From Octopus bimaculoides (taxonomy: Eukaryota): a stretch of 63,813 nt of DNA. The notes beneath the pieces are model-generated. The model did not search any database. It was not told the origin of the DNA and worked only from the letters and a program-made list of their open reading frames with translations. The translations under genes were made by a program, and so were the position numbers. The DNA lies in NCBI RefSeq assembly GCF_001194135.2, contig NC_068984.1, positions 39,401,398 through 39,465,210 of the forward strand, given 5' to 3'. Of the stretch, positions 52,975 to 63,813 are shown piece after piece. Numbering within the stretch: the first letter of the stretch is position 1; each line of letters starts with the position of its first letter.

Positions 52975-53320
52975 CTGGCGAAACATTCCCATCAAAACTT
53001 CTACTAAGTACAAACAGAACAGGCTGGATATTGCTGTTTGAAAAAGTCAAGAAAAAATATGTACCATCATTAAAGTCAGCTGCTCTGATGATATGAATGT
53101 CTCTTCGAGAATCAAAGAGAAAGTGAATGATTACGGACAACTGCTTCGAAAACTGCAGCTTCTATGCCCATACTATAAATTCACATTTGTATCAATAATA
53201 ATTGCTGCACCTGATTTTTTGAGTAAATGCTTAAGTGACAATCTCGATAAGCAAGGGTTTTCAGAAAATGAAATCTATCAGCTAATACGTATATTACAAA
53301 TACATTCTATAAATAGAACA
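52975..53320 (+). mobile_element. Older Dong/R4-like RLE fragment after (TACA)n
   Basis: IPIKTSTKYKQNRLDI..KVSCSDDMNV..EKVNDYGQLLRKLQLL. Confidence 0.75.
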
Positions 53321-54204
53321 TTTTGAACTTGAAAATGGTCTTGCATACTTTTATATGCAAGACCATTCTCAAGTTAAAAATGTGAATTTATTTTAATTAT
53401 CTAATTTCAACGATGGAGATATGTATTTTTTGTAACAAACTAGTTCTTTCCTTACTGGAAGACTTGAAATAATTAATAATAGAATAGAATATACATACAT
53501 ACACACATATACACATACATGCATGATGCATACATGCATGCATACATACATGCATACATACATACATGCATACATACATACATACATACATACATACATA
53601 CGATGTATGTAAGGAAGATACGTTAGTGTTGCATACATAATACTGAATAAGGTGTAGTTGGTAGAATTTAATTTGCGTGTAAAACAATCTAACATCAGGA
53701 CAATTTCACTTTACTCTTTGAGCCACTTTTTTTTCAAATATTATTCTTTTCTAAGTTTTATATTAATCAAAACTAAGCAATAAAACGTGCAATACATACC
53801 TAGTTTCTGGAGAAAAAGAGGAGTCTAAAGTATTGTGAGTTCTACACACAATGATTGCCTTTGTCAGAATTCTAAATAAATGGTTGTTTTTGGTGGTCAA
53901 TAGCATAGTTTGAACAGCTGGTTGCAGAAAGGACACACAGTAATGCAACTATTAGAGCGTTACTCGCCAACATTTTGACTTATAAAGATTTCAATATTTC
54001 TTAAATACTGACAGAGGAAACACATATTCAATAAAACAACAGCACTTTATACTTGCATAGCTTTATCGGAACCTACTTTAATATAAACATATGGACAAGG
54101 GCGGTTTATTTCAGCTAAACATCCATAATGATCAATACTTACAATATTGAATCTCAGATTTCTTCAGATTTGTGCATAAATGTGGAAAATATATAATTTG
54201 CATA

Positions 54205-54301
<97 letters not shown>

Positions 54302-54472
54302 ATAGAGTTTAAAGACATCGATAAAATATATGTACTGGGTACATATATTTAAATTAATTTTAAGTGGTGTGCAGCGGGATTTAAACCATTTTTAAGTGGT
54401 GTCTAACGACTTTTAAGAGGTGTGTAGCGGAATGTTCAGCAATCGCCCGATGTCCTGATTCGTTAGAATATT

Positions 54473-54704
54473 TATTTCTTTATTGCCCACAAGGGGGTTA
54501 AACATCGAGGGGACAAACGAGGGAAGACAAAGGGTTTAAGTCGATGACATCGTCCCCAGTGCGTAACTGGTACTTATTTAATTGACCCCGAAAGAATGAA
54601 AGATAAAGTCGATGTCGGCGGAGTTTGAACTCAGAACGTAACGACAGACAAAATACCGCTAAGCATTTCGCCCGGCGTGCTAACGATTCTGCCAGCTCGC
54701 CGCC
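54473..54704 (-). mobile_element. SINE family 2 with an alternative 3' tail; 18-bp TSD
   Basis: TSD ctgattcgtta(g/a)aatatt at 54455-54472 and 54705-54722. Confidence 0.9.
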
Positions 54705-54939
54705 CTGATTCGTTAAAATATTGGCCGCGTGATCGACACAATTTGACTAATCACGACTTCTCACCGAATAGTCTCCAGTGACGATCTTTTCTTTGAATTT
54801 CTAAATTCTAAATTAAACCGGAAATATTCAACACCTTTACAAAAAAAGCTTCCACTATATGCATTAGCGCAGAACGCATATTTGTAAAGTTGAAAAACGA
54901 AAGAGGCATTAAAAATTGGTAATAAAATCCATATTCCTT

Positions 54940-55777
54940 TTACAAATTTATTGAAACAAATTATACATATTCTTTATTACATGGGAAAATGAAAATAAAT
55001 CTTCATATTTTAACGTAAGAACCGATGGCACCAACCGATTTCCTCAAATAGCCAAGGCTGGAATGAACAACCTTCTGAAGGACGTCGTCTGGGATATCAT
55101 TGAGAACCTCCTGAATCCGTGTCTCCAAGTCCTCCAGTGTGCGTGGTTTTGTCTTGTACACCTCTTTTGTGTAACCCCACAATCACATAGAGTGAGATCT
55201 GGATTTCTTGGAGTTCTGGACTTCTGGACTTCTGAACTTCTGTGGTCACAGTCTTCAGGTGTTAGCTCCTGCATGCAATGGGGTTTCCACGGACAAAAAT
55301 TCAATTCTTTAAGCAACACCGCACGTATTGTGTGTCTTGTTAGTCCACTTTCACAAGCTGCTTGACGTGTTGATTTTTGCGGGCATTTCCTGCATAGATA
55401 CCACGTTCTCCGCTAATCGGGATGTGGTTGAACGGCTACTTGTTGCATCGTTCACAGAGTCTGTGGTCATCAGCTTTGCTTGACAACTTTTTATTGTCTC
55501 CGGGTGTAGTATTGCATGCTTACCTTTCCATGCACGCCACCATCTCAGACCCAAAACAATGGAATTCCACACTTCATAGCGTGCTTGCTATCTTAGCTGA
55601 CTCCTGAACAGTCAAGCGACCGGCCATCTGGAAAATAAGAAATAAGAAATATGACAATAAGAAAATAAGAAATCCCCATTAGCGTTGTCTGTTTAAAAAG
55701 TGTTTTTGTCATGGCTTCAGTGATACTAAAAATTCTATAAGCAATTTCTAATGCCTGATTACTTTTTACCCACCCTA
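54940..55777 (-). mobile_element. Internally deleted Tc1/mariner element
   Basis: TA|TAGGGTGGGTAAAAAG-like end at ~55777; LKELNFCPWKPHCMQELTPEDCDHR fused to PDLTLCD..KTKPRTLEDL (catalytic core missing). Confidence 0.8.
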
Positions 55778-55782
55778 TATAC

Positions 55783-55815
<33 letters not shown>

Positions 55816-56349
55816 TGTATGTATGTATGCATGCATGTATGTATGTATATTGATTTATTGATTTGGTTATTTAATGAATATTTATTTTTTATGAAAATCT
55901 TTACACCTTCAGTCTGTAATTATGAATAACATAACACTTAACTGTGAAGGTCTCATATGGCTTAAGCATAACCAAAGTCGTCTCTATACATTTCAAAGAT
56001 CAGATTGGCTCCTTATTGCTTAAGCCTCACATTCAAGTAAATCAATTTCAATTTCCAAAGTTTCTGTCCTATCTTCCTTGACAATAAATATCATTAAACC
56101 TAATAACTTTATTCTTCATCACGAATGAAACTTTAATTGCTTGGACTTTGTGGTTCACTCTATCAATTGTACACATAGACATATACCCACGCAGACACAG
56201 GTACACACCTAGTCATACGTATAGATATAGAGGTAAAAAGACATATACATAGATCTATATACACATATATATAGAGAGAGAGACACACACACACACACAC
56301 CTACCTACCTACCTACCTACCTACATACATACATACATACATACATACA

Positions 56350-56870
56350 ACTGACCTGATATAATGATTTGGGATAGAGAAAAGAAACTGTGCACAGTTG
56401 TGGAAATTAGCTGCCCAGCGGATGTTAACATACAGTGAAAAAGAGAACACTTATGCTGAACTATTGAGAAATCTGTAGTTACTCTTTCAAGATTACAAGT
56501 TCAGGTTGATACCTGTAAGTATTGGGGCCCTGAGATGTAACACACTACCTAAATGCCAATCTTGAGAAATTAGACTTCCTAAAACCAGAAAGGAGAAAGC
56601 TAATTCGAAGACTACAGATCTAATCCATCACTGAAACTGTAAAAATCTGTAAAACTCTCCAGAAGCTTATCATTTAAATATATGTGAGCATGTCTAGATA
56701 TGCAACTATATGCATGAGAATACGTACATAAAACATACAAATCTGCACATACATACATACATACATACATACAAACAAAAATACCTGTTGTTGATGTTGA
56801 AATTTCAATGAAGGAGCCTTGGATCTAGGTTAGAAATAGGCTCTTCCTCTATTGGCATGAAATCTTGACA
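56350..56870 (+). mobile_element. 5'-truncated Dong/R4-like LINE in (TACA)n
   Basis: Closely matches 51490-51905; starts right after (CCTA)n(TACA)n. Confidence 0.9.
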
Positions 56871-57574
56871 TATATTTTGTTGGCCTTGTTGCTTTTGTCG
56901 TTGTCGGTGTCTCCGTTGGTGCTGCTACAAACATCGTCGTTGTTGGAGCTGTTATGGCGTTATAGTGGTGGTGGTTGCTGTCATTGTTATTATTGTTATC
57001 ATCATCAACATTATCATTCGTGATGGTGCTGCTGCTATTTCTACTAAAGCTGCTGCCGTTGCTATTATTACAGCTATTCCTGCGACCGCTGTAGCTGCTG
57101 GAAACGCTGCTGCTGCTTTTAGGGTCAGATACCACTTCAGCCTCGTAAACGACTCCCGTGGTTTCACATTAGCCTCCCACTGAGCATCTGCTGTAGTCCC
57201 TGCATGAGCATCCCGTCCTGTTCGCGGCCTAGGGGTGTTAACAAAAATACTCTTACTATTAGGGGCGCAGCTAAAAGAGACTCTTAGGTTGTATTTGTTG
57301 TATAGACGTCCATACCTATGTGCTTATCTATTAGCCTAATTAATATCCTACCTAGACATGTTTTTACGCTAAGGGAGTAGGTTGGGGTGGGGGCAAACAA
57401 AACGATATTTCTGTGGCGCTTCCTTCTGCGGGTGTTAGGGCCCGGCATCTAAGAGATGCAGTCTCTAAACCCGCAAGCATCTAGGGCCTCGTTATAGTAG
57501 GAGGCTGCTGCGTCAGAAATTTCTTGGCTAGAATACAGATTCGAAATCCTCTTGCAGACACCCTTCACCAAGTT

Positions 57575-58260
57575 TTTGAAAACACGGGGAAAGTCTTAAA
57601 TGGAATAGAACGCGCCAAAGCAATAAATATCCATAAACTACGACAAGCGAAAAACGTTCTAGATACATCCAATACTCTACAAAACACAACCCAAGAAACA
57701 TAGAGGTTTACAATATTATCCACCAGACAGACCCAAGATTGAAAGAAGCATTCGAAATACACAAAATAATCAAAAATAATCAAATAATCAAAAATAAAAG
57801 ACAAAGTCCATCAAAAAATTCCTCATCAATGCTAAATTACTTTCCACAATTCCCACACTAACAGTCAAAAAGTGTGTCCGCCCTAACTGTGGGACTTGTA
57901 TCAACCCTATTGAAGACACAACATACAAATTCAAATCAGGACAGATTTTTACCATAAAAAATCATTTTACATGTTCTTCAAAGAATTTAATATAGGCTAT
58001 CAAATGTCAAGATTGTAATGAAGATTATATAGGTCAAGCAAAGCTTACTCTAAGAAATAATCTGACCATTCACCGACAACAAATACGAGAACCCAGTACT
58101 AGACAGATACTACTGAGTATACAGACATATGTGCAAAAAATAAGTCCCCCAAATTCCAGGTCTTCCCACTCTACTTATGTTAAGTGAATACTACAGATGA
58201 AGCACAGATAAACAAAGTACTTTCATACAAAAGTACAAACTAAGACTTAACTAACTTTAA
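57575..58260 (+). mobile_element. PLE (Neptune-like) linker plus GIY-YIG fragment
   Basis: HNPRNIEVYNII; KKCVRPNCGTCINP..FTCSSKNLI.AIKCQDCNEDYIGQ..HRQQIREP. Confidence 0.85.
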
Positions 58261-58346
58261 CAGAGTACATACACAAATAACTATTCATACACAAAACTCA
58301 TTCTGCCACTTAATATGAGCAACCTACACAGCTAACAACCTATATA

Positions 58347-58428
<82 letters not shown>

Positions 58429-59684
58429 TTTGTAAAAATTTCTTGATACAGTTTTATTAAGTATAAATATTTTTAAAATCATTTTTATCAGAACGTTACT
58501 AACCTTTTTGGAAGTTTCTTTCCAGTGTGTGTGTGTATGTGTGTGTATTTATCTCAGTAATACTAAAACTCTAGGGATGTTTGTTTGTACCCGAAATAGC
58601 TCAGAAATAGTATATTTTATCTTATTATTTTTTTTTTGTTGCACACCTATTTTTACACAGTGCAGTACAAACTCTCGTGACATTTGGACTTCTATTTATT
58701 AATGAAAACGAGTAAACACAATTTTTGTTTATTTCTTGACGAAAAGAAAAGCATTGCTTCCCTGACGTCAACACACATACAGAATACACACGCATATAAT
58801 GAATGTTATGGAGTGTCAATCAAGAAAAACACACGTCTGTTATCTGTGACATATACACACGCATAGTCTTCGCCCTCTCTAAGAAAAAAAAAACGTTGAC
58901 TTTTTGACGTACACAATATTTTAATCTTTTAGAAATATTTTTAACTGAACATGATTTCAAAAATGTAAGTTGTTTGTACAGTAAATATTTATATTTTAGC
59001 TTTCTTTACAGAGACAATAAATTTAATGGGTTTTAAAAAATTATTTTCAAGTCGTTAATTTCCGTAAAAAATTTTATTTATTTACTTTTGTCTTAAAGTG
59101 AAAGAAAGGAGAAAGTGAAAGATGTATGTACGTGNNNNNNNNNNNNNNNNNNNNNNNNNNNNNNNNNNNNNNNNNNNNNNNNNNNNNNNNNNNNNNNNNN
59201 NNNNNNNNNNNNNNNNNNNNNNNNNNNNNNNNNNNNNNNNNNNNNNNNNNNNNNNNNNNNNNNNNNNNNNNNNNNNNNNNNNNNNNNNNNNNNNNNNNNN
59301 NNNNNNNNNNNNNNNNNNNNNNNNNNNNNNNNNNNNNNNNNNNNNNNNNNNNNNNNNNNNNNNNNNNNNNNNNNNNNNNNNNNNNNNNNNNNNNNNNNNN
59401 NNNNNNNNNNNNNNNNNNNNNNNNNNNNNNNNNNNNNNNNNNNNNNNNNNNNNNNNNNNNNNNNNNNNNNNNNNNNNNNNNNNNNNNGCATCTAGTGGTA
59501 ATACAAACTAAATTTTTCGCAACCATGATCATTTTTAATCTCTGCTCAATCTCCCATTAGTGGTATGCGCATATTAGGCGAAAGAAGATTGTGTAGGTTT
59601 CTTTGTGAAAAACTACTTCCAGTAGTTATCTCGAGTATTTTGTTGAGTGCTGCGATTTTCGCAGCGTGTTGTTAAAGCCCTAAG

Positions 59685-60150
59685 ATGCCGCCCAAACGCC
59701 CTACACCTTCTAAGGCTTCTGGAAGTGAACTAAGCGCCAGAAAAAGGTTATGACACCCTATGAGAAGGTACAAATGCTGGATATATTCCGGGAAGATAAA
59801 AGTTATGTCGCTATTATCTTGTCAACGAAAGCAGCATATGCTACATAAAAAAGAACAAGGTGGCGATCAGGACTACCGTCGCAGTAAGTTTCTGTGAAAG
59901 TACCGAAAAGATAACAATAGTAAGAAATAAGCACTTCGTCAGGATGGAATCTGCTTTGGCATTGTGAATCAGTGACTGCAAAAAGATAGATATCCCTTTG
60001 GGCGATAGCATTATCCGCGAGAAAGCGCGGAAATTATACCAGCAGTTCGACAGAGGAGACGGAGCAGAAGGTACCAAAGAACCGCAACCAGTCCCATTGA
60101 CAGCACCGGTGCTCGAAGATTTTTAAGCCAGCAAGGGAAAGTTTGACGGT
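59685..60150 (+). mobile_element. Tigger/pogo transposase N-terminal fragment
   Basis: MPPKRPTPSKASGSE..EKVQMLD..RMESALALW..IIREKARKLY. Confidence 0.85.
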
Positions 60151-60479
60151 TTCCAGAATATTTTCATTATGTTTTAAATATGTTAAATTTCTTTGTAATC
60201 CTTCCCTGAAGATATTCTCACTTGCAATAATTAACTAAATTGATTTAGTTAAATAAAATTAAATTTGATTGATTTTATGCTGCAAGTGATGGATTGAAAC
60301 AGTTGTAGGTCTGATCTTGTCAATGTATTAATAAACTTTTATTAATCTTATCTCCATCTTCTCTCTTGCCATAGTAACGAAGCTAAAGCACGCAGAGTAA
60401 AGTTGCTTGGCAAAGATTGATCTTAAACTTTGCTGTGCATGTGCACAAGGTTTTAATGTTTTAGCTCACTTCCACTGTT

Positions 60480-60710
60480 TATAGCAGTGCTTGGAATGAA
60501 GGTGTGTAACGTGTGATTGTCGAATCACCATCCATGAGTTATCAGAGGATGTGCAGATTAGGTACGGTTCAGTTTTGTCCATTATCACTAAAGATTTGGG
60601 TGTGGAGACGCTTGTGGGTCAAGTTTGGGCCAAAACTGCTTTCAGCTGACCAAAAGGACACTCTACTTTCAGTTGCACAAGATCTCATTGAATGTATATA
60701 TCTTTACTGA
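60480..60710 (+). mobile_element. Mariner transposase fragment
   Basis: IITKDLG..KFGPKLLSADQK..VAQDLIEC. Confidence 0.65.
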
Positions 60711-61357
60711 GCGTCTGTTAAAAATTTCCTGTATTTATGATTTATTGGAAAATGCTTATCTAAAAGAGACAGGAATTTCTTGCCTAAGTTAGTCTTAACA
60801 TTAAGGTGGAAAGGAGGAGTGAATCAAATTATTTTCCTAGATCTATGTTTAGGTCTATTTTTGTGATTCATATTTATGAGGAAAAGAGAGAGGGGAGAAA
60901 GATAAACAAAACCTGAAAATATTCAGAACACTCGTGTATAAGCATAGAGATATTTATATATTTACAGAATAAATAAATTTACATGGAGTACAAAAAATGC
61001 AGAAAACGAAGTATGGTGTTTAAAGTCCGACAGTATTTTCTGGAGGCACGGAATTAAATAATACTTGTAATTCAACTTTACAATGAAAGTAAACAAAGTT
61101 TGTTTTTAGAAGCGTTGAGGTGTATTGTAAGAAACAGAAATAAATTTATTTCTGTTTCTTACAATACTTGTAATATTATCCAAGTATATGTTACCATTGG
61201 AAGATGCGTATAAACATTACCGTAGAACCAGCTTCCTTCGTCAAGTCCTCAATAAAGACTTTGGGGTGCAAGTTCAAATCATTTGAGCTCAACTACATAT
61301 GTTCTATATTGAGCATCTCCGGGTCTCACAGGTTGACTCTCTCTTTCTCCCTCTCTC

Positions 61358-61394
<37 letters not shown>

Positions 61395-61662
61395 NNNNNN
61401 NNNNNNNNNNNNNNNNNNNNNNNNNNNNNNNNNNNNNNNNNNNNNNNNNNNNNNNNNNNNNNNNNNNNNNNNNNNNNNNNNNNNNNNNNNNNNNNNNNNN
61501 NNNNNNNNNNNNNNNNNNNNNNNNNNNNNNNNNNNNNNNNNNNNNNNNNNNNNNNNNNNNNNNNNNNNNNNNNNNNNNNNNNNNNNNNNNNNNNNNNNNN
61601 NNNNNNNNNNNNNNNNNNNNNNNNNNNNNNNNNNNNNNNNNNNNNNNNNNNNNNNNNNNGAG

Positions 61663-61702
<40 letters not shown>

Positions 61703-61739
61703 TGATTGATTGATTGATTGATTGACTGATTGATTGATT

Positions 61740-63365
61740 TATGTATTAGCCACGCAGGGTCGAACATAGAGGGGATAATACAACGTAGAACTTTTCTTTT
61801 CGAAAGAGAAAAGAAAATACGATCAAAAGGGATCGAAAGCATTTGGGACGTGTAAACAGCGAAATAACAACGTTCCGTTTATAATAGAGTTCCCAAAAGG
61901 GGGAGTAAAACTGTAATACAGATTAGGTTTATCCGTGGAAAGAAAAGCCTACGAAAAAGACCACAGTAACCTCAGGCAGGGAAAGAAGCACATGAGAGCA
62001 AAGTGCTCCCTCTCTCTTTTAGATTTACAGGATTATGCTCAAAGTGGTTTCGTCATTCACGTGTACCATCTTTGCTACATTCACCCACCTTTTATTGAAA
62101 CTTTTATGAGACAAAGCTTCCCTCTCTATTCTCAACTTCTTCTTCAAGTGATACTTGAAGAAGTTGATGAGAGGTTGGCCAGAGAGGAAACTGTCTGTCT
62201 CTAAACCTTTCGCACGTGTCCACCTCGCACATTCTTTCACCATGGCCACCAGTACAATGAAAACTGCCTTGCCTTCTCGGTTAAAGGAATGTGGCGGGGC
62301 AATATTCACGATAGACTCGGCCGATAACCGAATTCGCCCTACACGTGACAACAGCTGTTTGACATAAGCCCACAGGTCTGAAATGGTTGAACACTGCACG
62401 AGTGCGTGCAGAACGGTTTCGTCGCTCTGACCACACCTCGGGCAGGTCGGTCCGGTGTTTCTTGAACCGTGTCTGTAGAGCTTATCTCGAACGGGCAATG
62501 CTTCCCGATAGCACTGCCAGGGATCTCTGGTGATTGTCCATAGGTCCCGGCCCGAAAGTGGTCCTGAAGAGGTGGGTCAGGTGTTCCTCGTCGACGCCCA
62601 GATTCTCTCCAAGAACGTCGTCATCCCCCACCCCCACTAATCTTCTATAGAACGTTTTTGTGGAAGTAGAGTTACACAAGTTTGGTCCCAGACGGCAGAG
62701 TTGCTCGAGAGCATATCGACAATCGCGGTGCCATTCGCTTAGTCTCTGATTTTGTTTGATCCATGACTGCAGTTCGGCCAAAGAGACGAGTTACGGGAAA
62801 GCGCTTCTCACAAATGGCGACCACACCTGTTCACCGTCGTCTATGAAGCGCTGGAGATGTCGCAGTCTCAGCACATGTCTGCGCATCATCAACCAAGGCA
62901 TACCCAACTCTCCATTTAGCTGGTGTTAACAGCAAATAGATCGCCTAACCATCAGAACGCTTCCCTTCAACAAAAAACCGGAAGAGTATGCGTTCCAGCT
63001 TGGTGAAGGTAGGGTCGGGACAAGGCACGACGGTCAGATGGTAATAGATGACGGAAACGATGTGCGCGTTCGCCACCTCAGCCCGACCTTTTAGGGATAG
63101 CTTCCTCTCGGCCCATTGCTGGGTGGGAGTGGCCACCCTACTCATTATCTTATCCCAAATCTTCTCCATTTGGAGGTCTGGTCCGAACCAGACCCCGAGC
63201 AATTTGAGCGGTCCGTCGGTCCAGTGTCCCATGATGGAGATACTGTTGGACGGCATGGGCTTGTTTCTCCAGGTGCCGAGCCTCAAACCCATTGACTTTT
63301 CCGGGTTAATTTTCGCTCCCGTTACCGCTTCGTATTCTTTAAGTGTCTCGCCGACCAGGACAATG
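61740..63365 (-). mobile_element. Tx1/L1-clade LINE 3' part (RT C-terminus, zf-RVT, 3'UTR)
   Basis: YEAVTGAKINPEKS..LLGVWFG..LSLKGRAEVAN; CPRCGQSDETVLHALVQC; 3' end abuts (GATT)n(GATA)n. Confidence 0.9.
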
Positions 63366-63780
63366 TGCCTAGGCATTGGCGTGGCTGTGTGGTAAGAAGT
63401 TTGCTTCCCAACCACATACTTCTGAGTTCAGTCCCACTGCATGACGCCTTCGGTACGTGTCTCTTATTATGGACTCAGATTGACAAAAGCCTTCTGAGAT
63501 GTGGGCGTTGGAAACTGAAAGACTCCTATTGTATATATACATATATGTCTATATATGTGTGTTTTTGAGTCTGTATTTATCCTCCATTGCCGCTTAACAA
63601 CTGGTGTTAGCGTATTTATGTCTTCATAACTTCGTCTTCACAACTTTGCAAGGGACTGATAGAATAAGTACCAGGATTTAAAAAATAAGTACTAGGATCG
63701 ATTCTTTCGACTAAAAGTTTTCAAGGCCGAGCTCCAAAATGGCCGCAGTTTTGTGTCTGAATCAAGTTAAAGATTAAATA
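63366..63780 (+). mobile_element. SINE family 1, full length
   Basis: ggcgtggctgtgtggtaag..gagttcagtccc..gatagaataagtacc..ggccgcag. Confidence 0.85.
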
Positions 63781-63813
63781 TACTTACACACTTATATATA
63801 AGTTGTAATAATA

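Noticed and set aside
56870-57150. Ala/Val/Ile-rich ORFs resembling a membrane or antifreeze-like peptide
   Set aside because: Degenerate (GTT/GCT/ATT)n cryptic repeat, open in several frames, no splice or motif support

Overview
AT-rich, repeat-saturated eukaryotic DNA with 5 assembly gaps. The repeat landscape looks like Octopus (inference from the tRNA-derived SINE families and the (TACA)n/(CA)n/(TAA)n density). The only convincing host coding sequence is a ~915-bp terminal exon (minus strand, 1381-2295) of an HtrL/YibB-family putative glycosyltransferase. The rest is decayed, nested mobile DNA: Penelope-like elements (PLEs), many Dong/R4-type RLE LINE fragments sitting in microsatellites, a HERO-like LINE, RTE, CR1-like and Tx1/L1 LINEs, hAT, Tigger/pogo and Tc1/mariner transposons, a Gypsy remnant and two tRNA-SINE families. 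The most interesting signals are RNA-level: (i) several minimal hammerhead ribozyme motifs, some in mirror-image palindromes; (ii) a HERO-like element bracketed by ~135-bp direct repeats that can fold into a pseudoknot with compensatory base changes and match no ribozyme class I can assign; (iii) a local duplication that captures empty and filled states of a (TACA)n-targeted Dong-like insertion. All folds and alignments were done by eye. TE boundaries are approximate (tens of bp) unless TIRs or TSDs are quoted.
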